A stretch of DNA of 32,000 nt, taken from assembly GCF_002310835.1 (NCBI RefSeq), contig NZ_CP011042.1, positions 150,001-182,000 of the forward strand, in the 5' to 3' direction. Both the position numbers and the translations under genes were made by a program. The notes beneath the pieces were generated by a model. The model saw only the letters and a list, made by a program, of their open reading frames with translations. It searched no databases and had not been told where the DNA came from. Positions 24,834 to 32,000 of this stretch are shown here, piece by piece; the first letter of the stretch is position 1, and each line of letters opens with the position of its first letter. The DNA comes from Pseudoalteromonas tetraodonis (GTDB lineage Bacteria; Pseudomonadota; Gammaproteobacteria; Enterobacterales; Alteromonadaceae).

Positions 24834-25451
24834 TTAGTCGTACTTGGCTTCTAACTCGTTAGCGGTATGAAATTTTTCATGAGATTGTAATTGCTCATCG
24901 TATTTAAGCAGGTTTTTAAAGTGCTCTAACTGGCCTGCATTTTTAACGATTTCAACAATAAACGACATCATAAAATCGGCACCGGTTAGGGTCTCGCCCA
25001 CTAAATAACGCTTGCCTTCAAGACGGCTGTTAAAATAGCTAATCACTTTAGCGGTTTCTGCATCAGCATAGCCCTCTAAAAACTGGGTTTTAGCACCATC
25101 TTTTTGCACAAACATTTTGAGTAAAAGCGGTAAAATTGCTGAACTTTCTGCAAAATGTAGCCATTGCTGGTAGTCAACGTAATCAGGGGTGCCTGCTTTT
25201 GGGGCAAATTTACCTTTGCCATATTTAGTGATCAGGTAATCTGTGATAGCGCCAGACTCGGCAATCACTAAGCCATCATCTTCTATAACTGGCGATTTAC
25301 CCAGCGGATGCACATTTTTAAGCTCATCAGGGGCTAAAAAAGTCTCAGTGTTACGTTGGTAAGCAACAATTTCGTAATCGACCTCAAGCTCTTCTAGTAA
25401 CCAAATAATACGTTTAGAGCGAGATTTATTTAAATGGTGTAGTTTAATCAT
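24834..25451 (-). CDS. Glutathione S-transferase family protein
   Basis: 205 aa with RBS AAGGAAG. It has an N-terminal thioredoxin-like GST pattern (KLHHL.KSRS.RIIWLLEEL..DYE, GKSPVIEDDGLVIAESGAITDYL) and a C-terminal helical domain. Confidence 0.88.
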   Translation of the reverse strand: MIKLHHLNKSRSKRIIWLLEELEVDYEIVAYQRNTETFLAPDELKNVHPLGKSPVIEDDGLVIAESGAITDYLITKYGKGKFAPKAGTPDYVDYQQWLHFAESSAILPLLLKMFVQKDGAKTQFLEGYADAETAKVISYFNSRLEGKRYLVGETLTGADFMMSFIVEIVKNAGQLEHFKNLLKYDEQLQSHEKFHTANELEAKYD

Positions 25452-25465
25452 TTTCTTCCTTATTG

Positions 25466-25490
25466 AGCTGTGTTGAATTACAACACAGCT
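25466..25490 (-). terminator. Intercistronic hairpin between the oxidoreductase and GST genes
   Basis: A perfect 10-bp stem AGCTGTGTTG / CAACACAGCT with a 5-nt loop. It has no T-tract, so it may be an attenuator or mRNA-stability element rather than a full terminator. Confidence 0.4.
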
Positions 25491-25496
25491 TGAATA

Positions 25497-26525
25497 TTAT
25501 AGTGGGCTGTTAATCTTTACTACGGTTTTACCAAAGTTCTTCCCACTGATCATGTCGTTAAATGCACTGATGGTGTTTTCAATGCCTTCTACCAGATGTT
25601 CGCGGTATTGAATTTTTCCGTCTTGTAGCCATTTTTGCATGTCTTGTGCAAATTCGTCATAGCGGTGGCCATAATCATCAAAAATAATAAAGCCTTGCAT
25701 TTTGATGCGCTTAGTTAGTAATTGCCCCATTAGCATGCCCATGCGGTCTGGGCCCTCAGGCAAGCTGGTCGCATTATATTGCGATACCAAACCACAGATA
25801 GGCACGCGCGCTGAGGTATTAAGCAAAGGTAATACGGCGTCAAACACTTTTCCGCCCACATTTTCATAATAAACATCAATACCTTGGTCACATGCTTTTT
25901 CTAATTGCTCGGCAAAGTCATCGGCTTTGTGATCAATACAGGCATCAAAGCCTAGCTTTTCAACGGCATGAGCACATTTTTCGCTGCCACCGGCAACTCC
26001 AACCACTTTACAGCCTTTAATTTTAGCAATTTGGCCAACCGTTGCACCAACAGGTCCCGTTGCTGCTGCAACGACCACGGTTTCACCTGCTTTAGGGGCG
26101 CCAATATCGAGTAAACCCATGTAGGCGGTAAAGCCAGGCATACCCATAATACCCAATGCGTATGAAGGGTTTGTTGGTTCTTTACCTAATGACATTAAGC
26201 CTTCGCCATTTGAGATGGCGTAAGTTTGCCAACCTGTGTACGCTAATACCCATTCGCCTTCGCTAAATTTATCGTTTTTAGATGTTTCTACTTGGCACAC
26301 CGTTGCACCAACCATTACATCACCAATTTCGACAGGGTCGGCATACGATTTAGCATCGCTCATACGGCCACGCATGTAGGGGTCTAATGATAAGTAAATT
26401 GTACGCAACAGTACTTCGCCCTCTTTTAACGATGGAAGCTCTTTGCTTTTAAATTCAAAGTTGTCATTGGTAGGGGCGCCATGTGGGCGCGAGGCTAAAG
26501 TAAATTGACGGCTAGTTGTAGACAT
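25497..26525 (-). CDS. NADP-dependent medium-chain oxidoreductase (YncB/CurA / alkenal-one reductase family)
   Basis: The N-terminus FTLASRPHGAPTNDNFEFKSKELPSLKEGEVLLRTIYLSLDPYMRGRM is diagnostic of this family. The cofactor motif AAATGPVGATVGQIAK is present. I prefer the ATG at 26525 (MSTTSRQ, with GGAG 6 nt upstream) over the track start at 26537. Confidence 0.9.
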   Translation of the reverse strand: MSTTSRQFTLASRPHGAPTNDNFEFKSKELPSLKEGEVLLRTIYLSLDPYMRGRMSDAKSYADPVEIGDVMVGATVCQVETSKNDKFSEGEWVLAYTGWQTYAISNGEGLMSLGKEPTNPSYALGIMGMPGFTAYMGLLDIGAPKAGETVVVAAATGPVGATVGQIAKIKGCKVVGVAGGSEKCAHAVEKLGFDACIDHKADDFAEQLEKACDQGIDVYYENVGGKVFDAVLPLLNTSARVPICGLVSQYNATSLPEGPDRMGMLMGQLLTKRIKMQGFIIFDDYGHRYDEFAQDMQKWLQDGKIQYREHLVEGIENTISAFNDMISGKNFGKTVVKINSPL

Positions 26526-26697
26526 AAAAATCTCCAAAATAAAGTGAAAAAACCACCTATTACCGAATGTTTAAGCTTTAAAACAATACACGGCTCAACA
26601 ATAATGCGCGGATAGGCAGATAAAATTTGTACCTTGATACACGAGCTTTGGGCGAGAGGGGGTTAATTCAACCTTTGCAAACATTTAATTAGAATAA

Positions 26698-27458
26698 TTA
26701 CTCTGTTTTTAGCATGCTAAATATATGGCTATCAAAATAGTGACCATTTTTATAAATTGCTTGTTTTAAAATAGCCTCGGTATTAAAGCCACTTTTAAGC
26801 AGCGCCTTTATTGAGCCCGCATTACCAGCAAATACAGCTGCATGAATACGGTTTAAATTAGTACTTTTAAACACTTCTTTAGGGTCTGTTGACCTTTGCG
26901 GATTACAATTTGTTCAAACTAGGGGCGGTTTAATCGCGGCGCGAGGTTTGTAACCTAGTGGGCTAAGTCAAAACCGAGCAACAAAGAGTAAATAGCCCCT
27001 AGGCAGAACCCGAAGGGCAGCGCCTGTTTAGCATTAATGCTGCGTTATCGCCTATTTATGGGGAATAACCACACCTCATAGGCTCTGCCTTGCCTAAATA
27101 CCAAACAGACTGTTGCAAATTTAACCTTGAAAGGTCAACAGACCCTAATAATCAACCCAATGGCTTGGGTGATAATACCTTGCCCCCAATATTGCTGACT
27201 AAGCCAATAGCCAATTTCGCCACTGCGGCTATACTCAAATTCACCAGGAATAACACCAATACAACCAACACACAGGCCATCAACTTCAATGGCTTTAATG
27301 ATGCCACATTTTGCTCCCTCGTTTATCCACCAATTCGCATCTGCCTGCGTATACGGAAATGGAATTTTAGAGGATAAATAGCGTGCTACTTGTTGATTGT
27401 TCAAAATGGTTACGATTTGTAAGGTATCGTGTTGCTTGAACTCACGTAAAATCATCAT
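26698..27458 (-). pseudogene. GNAT-family N-acetyltransferase (RimJ/RimL-like) interrupted by a 264-bp MITE
   Basis: The 5' part (27458..27147) encodes MMILREFKQHD....GYWLSQQYWGQGIITQAIGLII, which includes acetyl-CoA motif A (WGQGI). It then runs into the insertion and stops after 3 codons. Removing 26882..27145 plus one TA copy joins it in frame to KEVFKSTNLNRIHAAVFAGNAGSIKALLKSGFNTEAILKQAIYKNGHYFDSHIFSMLKTE*, with the stop at 26698..26700. The restored protein is a typical 164-aa GNAT. Confidence 0.8.
26882..27145. mobile_element. Non-autonomous miniature inverted-repeat element (MITE), 264 bp, with TA target-site duplication (IS630/Tc1-mariner-like insertion signature)
   Basis: Perfect 16-bp terminal inverted repeats GGGTCTGTTGACCTTT lie at 26882..26897 and, as the reverse complement, at 27130..27145. 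Both ends are flanked by TA (26880..26881 and 27146..27147). There is no coding capacity. Precise excision restores the GNAT reading frame. Confidence 0.8.
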
Positions 27459-27611
27459 ATGGTAAATAAGTTTATTATTATCAACCAATAACCTAGCAAG
27501 CTTTAGGCGTTTAAACAATGAAACTATCTTTTTAAAATTAAAGTGTATACAGCTATAACTTTGCTTTAAACTCTTTTAAAATATGATAAAAAGTACCTAC
27601 ACAGAGTCACT

Positions 27612-28817
27612 ATGCACCCACACATTGCCGCCCTTTATAATAGCGCTAAAAAGCCTAGTCGTTTAATTATTGGCCTAATGAGTGGCACCTCTTTAGATGG
27701 TTTAGATGTGGCGCTATGTAAAGTAACCGGAGCGGGTTTGCATACCCAAATAGAGGTATTAAAATTCACCACGGTTGAGTACAACGACGAGTATAAAACT
27801 AAAATAAAACAGGTGTTTGCTAAGCGCGAATGCGATTTAGAAGTGCTGACTTTGTTACATCCGTGGGTAGGTAAACTCCATGGTGTTATGGTTAATCAGT
27901 GTTTAGCACTGTGGCAAGTAAATCCAGCCGATATTGATGTAATAGCCAGTCACGGGCAAACTATTTATCACTGCCCGCAATCCCAACATAACCACCACGA
28001 TTTTAAAAATGGCACGCTACAAATTGGCGACAGCGATCAAATAGCGTTTACTACAGGCATTACCACGATAGGTGACTTTAGGCAAAAGCATATTGCTGCT
28101 GGTGGTGAAGGCGCACCATTAGCTGTGTATGGAGATTATTTGTTTTTTGCCAGCCCAAATGAAAATCGTATTTTACTCAACATGGGGGGCATTGCTAATT
28201 TAACATTTTTACCTAAAAACGGCGATACTGGAGCGGTCTTTAGCTCTGACATTGGCCCTGGCAATACTATTATGGATGCTTATGTACAGCATTATTTTAA
28301 AGGGCTGCATTATGATGAGGGAGCTAAACTTGCCAAAGCTGGTAAAGTGAATACAAAGCTTCTTGCTGCGCTTACCGATAACGCGTTTTTTAAATTACCA
28401 CTGCCTAAAACAACCGGACCTGAGGTGTTTAATTTAGCTTATTTACGGGCGGCACAAATGCATTCAACGACACAAAGACTAAACCACGAAGATGTTTTAG
28501 CGACTTTAAATGCCCTTTCTGCCACTACGATTGCCAAGGCGTTAAATGACTGTGCTCAACATACTCAAGAGTGTGTAGTATATGCCAGTGGTGGAGGTAT
28601 TCATAATCCATTATTAATGGAGCAATTACTGATGCACTGCCCAAACATTAAGGCGTTTAAAAACACCGAGAATTTAGGCGTAAATCCTGATGCCAAAGAG
28701 GCCGTGCTGTTTGCTATTTTGGCAAATGAATGTTTGGCAGGGCAACGTCAAGGCTTAAATAATAACAACCAAGGGATTTTAGACATAACTATGGGTAAAG
28801 TGAGCTTTGCTGATTGA
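27612..28817 (+). CDS. anmK: Anhydro-N-acetylmuramic acid kinase
   Basis: 401 aa. The N-terminal motif IGLMSGTSLDGLDVALC, the later motifs HGQTIYH, IGDFR and GGEGAPL, and the length all match AnmK. Confidence 0.93.
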   Translation: MHPHIAALYNSAKKPSRLIIGLMSGTSLDGLDVALCKVTGAGLHTQIEVLKFTTVEYNDEYKTKIKQVFAKRECDLEVLTLLHPWVGKLHGVMVNQCLALWQVNPADIDVIASHGQTIYHCPQSQHNHHDFKNGTLQIGDSDQIAFTTGITTIGDFRQKHIAAGGEGAPLAVYGDYLFFASPNENRILLNMGGIANLTFLPKNGDTGAVFSSDIGPGNTIMDAYVQHYFKGLHYDEGAKLAKAGKVNTKLLAALTDNAFFKLPLPKTTGPEVFNLAYLRAAQMHSTTQRLNHEDVLATLNALSATTIAKALNDCAQHTQECVVYASGGGIHNPLLMEQLLMHCPNIKAFKNTENLGVNPDAKEAVLFAILANECLAGQRQGLNNNNQGILDITMGKVSFAD

Positions 28818-28853
28818 GTAATAAAAAACCAGTGGAAAATTGTGCGCCAATAA

Positions 28854-29339
28854 CTAAAAAAGCGAAAGTAAAGCTGTTCCCATATTAGCGAAATACTGAC
28901 GTACCCGATGCGGCCTAGGCGGCGCTATATAAGTTGCAGGTGCAGTATAACCACTACCAAATTGGTTAATATGCATATCAAACTGCAAACTATTTTTTAA
29001 CGTGCCGTGCTTACCATGCAAAATCATTTGCATCACAAAATCATGACTATGTGCTATTTGACTCAAAGTTAGGTTGACTCGCCCTTGTTCTAGATCAGAT
29101 AGGTTGAGTGTTTTTTCTGTGTAGTATTGAGCCGCTCGTGCATTTGGCTCAGTTGCGCTGAGTGAAATAATATCACTTTCATGAGCAGCCTCAGGTAAAA
29201 CGCATTGCAGTGTGATTTGATGCTGACTGTTAGCATCCTGCGATAGCGTTTCAAATTCCATGCTGTGACTCATTGCCGCAGACATAGGATCTTCAAATGA
29301 CGGAAGTGCAAAGGTAAGTTGCACTATAGATTCGCTCAT
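28854..29339 (-). CDS. Hypothetical protein (orphan, no recognisable motif)
   Basis: An open frame of 161 codons from the ATG at 29339 (the track start at 29351 is a TTG) in an AT-rich genome, where long stop-free frames are unlikely by chance. I saw no convincing RBS, no signal peptide and no family motif. Confidence 0.5.
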   Translation of the reverse strand: MSESIVQLTFALPSFEDPMSAAMSHSMEFETLSQDANSQHQITLQCVLPEAAHESDIISLSATEPNARAAQYYTEKTLNLSDLEQGRVNLTLSQIAHSHDFVMQMILHGKHGTLKNSLQFDMHINQFGSGYTAPATYIAPPRPHRVRQYFANMGTALLSLF

Positions 29340-29768
29340 GAGGGGCTTCAAATGCTATTTTTGATTAATAATGCAGCTATTATTACCGATCATTATTGCA
29401 AAATTATGACTAAACAAAACGACTTCATACATGAGCTGGTTTAAATTACATTTTACAACTAAAGCTATTGTTTTAAATCAATATTATATTTAATAAATAA
29501 ACTACAATAGTCGCTTAATAATATCGTTTATTAAATGCAAGGACACAACGAGGCCTTAGCTTAGCAATAACAATAATGCTTTTATCGAGCTTGCTGGTTG
29601 TTAATTAATGTTGCCTTTATTGTTAATTAAAGGTGTTTATTTGTGTGTATTTTCTTAATTTTGCAATAAAATTGCTTGAAAAAAAACCAAGCTAGCCATA
29701 AAGTGCTTTTAAGAGCCCAAATACATAACACACTACCAAACAGGTTGTGGCGGGGTTGTGAGAATTAG

Positions 29769-32000
29769 ATGGCACTAATAAAAAATAATTTATGGAAACT
29801 CTTCTGTTTTTTGCTGTTGGGTGGCTTAATTTTATTAAGCGTGCTTTTGGTTTACGAGTGGAAAAACATCAAAAAAGATTACCGCACGAGCTCCCAAAAT
29901 CGTGTGGAATTTTCTGCGCAAGCACTTAAAAGCACCCTTAGAAATAAAGAGCTGATGCTAGATTTAATTGGTAGAGATATTCTCTCTAATAATAATTTAC
30001 ATGAAAAAACGTCGACAATTAAACTTCTTGATAATATTTTGCTCGAAAATCCCGTGTTATTAGGCTTTGGACTGTTTAATCCGCAAGGCGAGATTATTTA
30101 TTACAGCTCAAACTTAAACGCTTCAACCATGATCAACCTGAAAGAAAATAAAAATACACGCCAAAGCTTTGCGCAAACCCTCGTATCAGACAAAATGGTA
30201 TTAGGACAGACTTACTTTAATGAATCTTTACAAGAGTGGGTGATCCCAATAAGAAAAGCATTACGCGATAAGAGCGGCACAGTAATCGCGGTTATGACGG
30301 CAGGTATGGCGGTGTCGAGAGGGACTAAGTACTTAAATATTTTGCAAAGTAATCGTGATGATTACATCATGCTAGCAAGAGAAATAGATGGCTTTATTCA
30401 ATACAGCTCGGTTAGAGATGCAGATATAGCAAGTTATATAAAAACCCAGACTAAAGAGGCATTGGGGTTATCGGGTAATGCTTTGATAGAGCAAACAGGT
30501 AAAACAAAGCAAACACTTAAATCTTCCGAGGAAGTGTTTAGCATAGAAACGACGGTAAAAGGCAAACCGTATATCACCTCAGCAAAATTTGATAACCGTT
30601 ATCAGTTGTGGACTCTGTCACAAATGGCGATGCAACCAATAAAAAATCTGTATTATTGGAAAGTTGGCTTGTATGTCCTAGTTTATGTGTTTATTTGTAT
30701 GGTGCTATTTTTTGGTTTTAGGCTTATTGCACGTGCTGAAAAAAAGCGTATTGATGAGCTATTCCATCTTTCAAGACATGATGATTTGACCAAACTCCCA
30801 AATCGAAAAGCGTTACGAGATAGCTTTGAAGAAAAAAAAGAAACATCGTTTAGCTTAGCAATCATTAACATTACCAACTTGCGTTCTATGAATAATCGCT
30901 TTGGCATGGAGTTTGGCGATAAAGCGATAAAAACCTTTGCTGGCTTTTTAAAAACAACATTTTTATCACCCTATTTAGTATTTAGAAATAGTGGGAATGA
31001 ATTTTGTATTATTGCACCTCACACTTTTGATGAGCAAAACAGACGTGCATTCGAGCATATTTTAGAGTCAGCAATCCAGCAATATGAAACCAACAATAGT
31101 GAACGATTACTTAATATAAGTGTGGGCATAGCCTGTTATCCAGAGCATGGTATAACAAAGAGTAAGCTCGTACGAAGTGCGCATTTAGCTAACCAGTGGG
31201 CAAAAGATACCGGCCAATGGCTGTGTCATTATCATGCTGATATTAAACAAGCTTACTTACGTCGTTTAAAAGTAGAAGAGCGGCTTAATATGGCGTTAAA
31301 CGAGCAGTCATTGTCTATGGCGTATCAGTGCCAAGTAAATGAACAGGGTAAAATCCATGCTATGGAGGCGCTCATTCGTTGGAAAGATGGTGAGCTTGGT
31401 ATGGTATCACCCGCTGAGTTTATTGCTATTGCAGAGCAAAGTGATTTAATTTTTAAAATTGGTGACTTTGTTTTAGCGCGATCTATTGGTGAGTTTGCAA
31501 AAATGCAGCAACACAGCGATACCCCTCTTGAATTGGCAATAAACATTTCAGTAATGCAATTTCAAAGTAGTGTATTTATTCCTACATTATTACACAGTTT
31601 AGAGACGCACAATGTTACTGCGCAAAGTATCATTTTAGAAATAACAGAATCCCTCTTTATGGATAATCTTGAACATGTGATTGATACGATTAAGAGCTTA
31701 AAGTCACGTGGAATACGCTTTTCAATGGATGATTTTGGCACAGGCTATTCATCACTGAGTCTTTTGAGACGCTTACCGATAGATGAACTGAAAATAGATA
31801 AGAGCTTTGTTGATGATATTTTGGTGGACTCTAAATCAAATAGTATGGTGCAAAGTATTATTGCCATTGCCAACAGCCATAACTTAAGTGTTATAGCTGA
31901 AGGCGTGGAAGAGCAGGCACAGTTTGATATGTTAGTTAATATTGGCTGTAAACGTTTTCAGGGGTATTACTTTTATAAACCTGTGGCAGCAGCAACGGTT
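29769..32000 (+). CDS. Membrane sensor protein: periplasmic Cache-like domain, degenerate GGDEF and EAL c-di-GMP phosphodiesterase (3' end beyond the window)
   Basis: Absent from the ORF track because no stop is reached. The frame is open for 744 codons from the ATG at 29769, with an in-frame TAG immediately upstream. TM1 is LWKLFCFLLLGGLILLSVLLV and TM2 is VGLYVLVYVFICMVLFFGF. The GGDEF site reads RNSGNEF (SGNEF at 30990..31004). The EAL motifs EALIRW, EITES, DDFGTGYSSLS, KIDKSF and EGVE are present. Confidence 0.85.
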   Translation, partial: MALIKNNLWKLFCFLLLGGLILLSVLLVYEWKNIKKDYRTSSQNRVEFSAQALKSTLRNKELMLDLIGRDILSNNNLHEKTSTIKLLDNILLENPVLLGFGLFNPQGEIIYYSSNLNASTMINLKENKNTRQSFAQTLVSDKMVLGQTYFNESLQEWVIPIRKALRDKSGTVIAVMTAGMAVSRGTKYLNILQSNRDDYIMLAREIDGFIQYSSVRDADIASYIKTQTKEALGLSGNALIEQTGKTKQTLKSSEEVFSIETTVKGKPYITSAKFDNRYQLWTLSQMAMQPIKNLYYWKVGLYVLVYVFICMVLFFGFRLIARAEKKRIDELFHLSRHDDLTKLPNRKALRDSFEEKKETSFSLAIINITNLRSMNNRFGMEFGDKAIKTFAGFLKTTFLSPYLVFRNSGNEFCIIAPHTFDEQNRRAFEHILESAIQQYETNNSERLLNISVGIACYPEHGITKSKLVRSAHLANQWAKDTGQWLCHYHADIKQAYLRRLKVEERLNMALNEQSLSMAYQCQVNEQGKIHAMEALIRWKDGELGMVSPAEFIAIAEQSDLIFKIGDFVLARSIGEFAKMQQHSDTPLELAINISVMQFQSSVFIPTLLHSLETHNVTAQSIILEITESLFMDNLEHVIDTIKSLKSRGIRFSMDDFGTGYSSLSLLRRLPIDELKIDKSFVDDILVDSKSNSMVQSIIAIANSHNLSVIAEGVEEQAQFDMLVNIGCKRFQGYYFYKPVAAATV

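Noticed and set aside
27090-27377. 95-aa + strand ORF spanning the right MITE end and the GNAT 5' fragment
   Set aside because: It crosses the MITE/host junction, lies antisense to the GNAT fragment, and has no motif or RBS. It is an artefact of the insertion.
27459-27518. 20-codon N-terminal extension of the GNAT ORF in the track
   Set aside because: It starts at a TTG. The sequence MFKRLKLARLLVDNNKLIYH is not GNAT-like, and the ATG-ATG at 27458 gives the usual MILREF.. N-terminus.
30683-31546. Two minus-strand ORFs (30683..30907 and 31325..31546)
   Set aside because: Both are antisense to the 744-codon open frame encoding the Cache/GGDEF/EAL protein, whose EAL motifs are unambiguous.
1-32000. 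Search for CRISPR arrays, tRNA/rRNA genes, integrases, transposases, prophage or toxin-antitoxin pairs
   Set aside because: I saw no regularly spaced direct repeats, no cloverleaf-like or rRNA-like segments in the intergenic regions, and no recombinase or transposase ORF in any frame. The only mobile DNA detected is the non-autonomous MITE at 26882..27145.

Overview
The window looks like an ordinary chromosomal core region of an AT-rich marine gammaproteobacterium. The gene content and the Shewanella-type GlcNAc pathway point to Alteromonadales, possibly Pseudoalteromonas; this taxon call is inference only. I found no CRISPR array, tRNA, rRNA, prophage, transposase gene or recognisable defence or toxin island.

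Content from left to right:
1. A complete NagR-type N-acetylglucosamine/chitobiose utilisation locus: nagR (partial), then hex, then nagK-nagB(II)-nagA-nagP. It carries two nearly identical 18-bp CG-centred palindromic operators.
2. An orphan DUF2235 (Tle1-like) alpha/beta hydrolase with an extra C-terminal domain.
3. Type II NADH dehydrogenase, divergent from a RecQ-family helicase paralogue.
4. A porin plus a short single-lobe PstS-like periplasmic protein, followed by a YkgJ-type Cys-cluster protein.
5. A tricistronic K+ uptake operon (TrkH-type, KtrA-type and KtrB-type genes). It is divergently paired with an N-terminally truncated KdpD-like kinase and KdpE, with no kdpFABC. TTTATA-N5-TTTATA direct repeats lie in the shared intergenic region.
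6. A dCache/HAMP histidine kinase with a REC/HD-GYP response regulator.
7. A GST and a YncB/CurA-type NADPH oxidoreductase.
8. A GNAT acetyltransferase gene split by a 264-bp MITE with 16-bp perfect terminal inverted repeats and a TA target duplication.
9. anmK, then a 161-aa orphan ORF.
10. A Cache / degenerate-GGDEF / EAL protein that runs off the right edge.

The items most worth follow-up are the KdpDE-like system rewired next to Trk/Ktr genes, including its candidate operator and a degenerate kinase ATP-binding box, and the MITE with a GC-rich structured core. All coordinates and motif positions were derived by hand from the sequence. No database search was possible.
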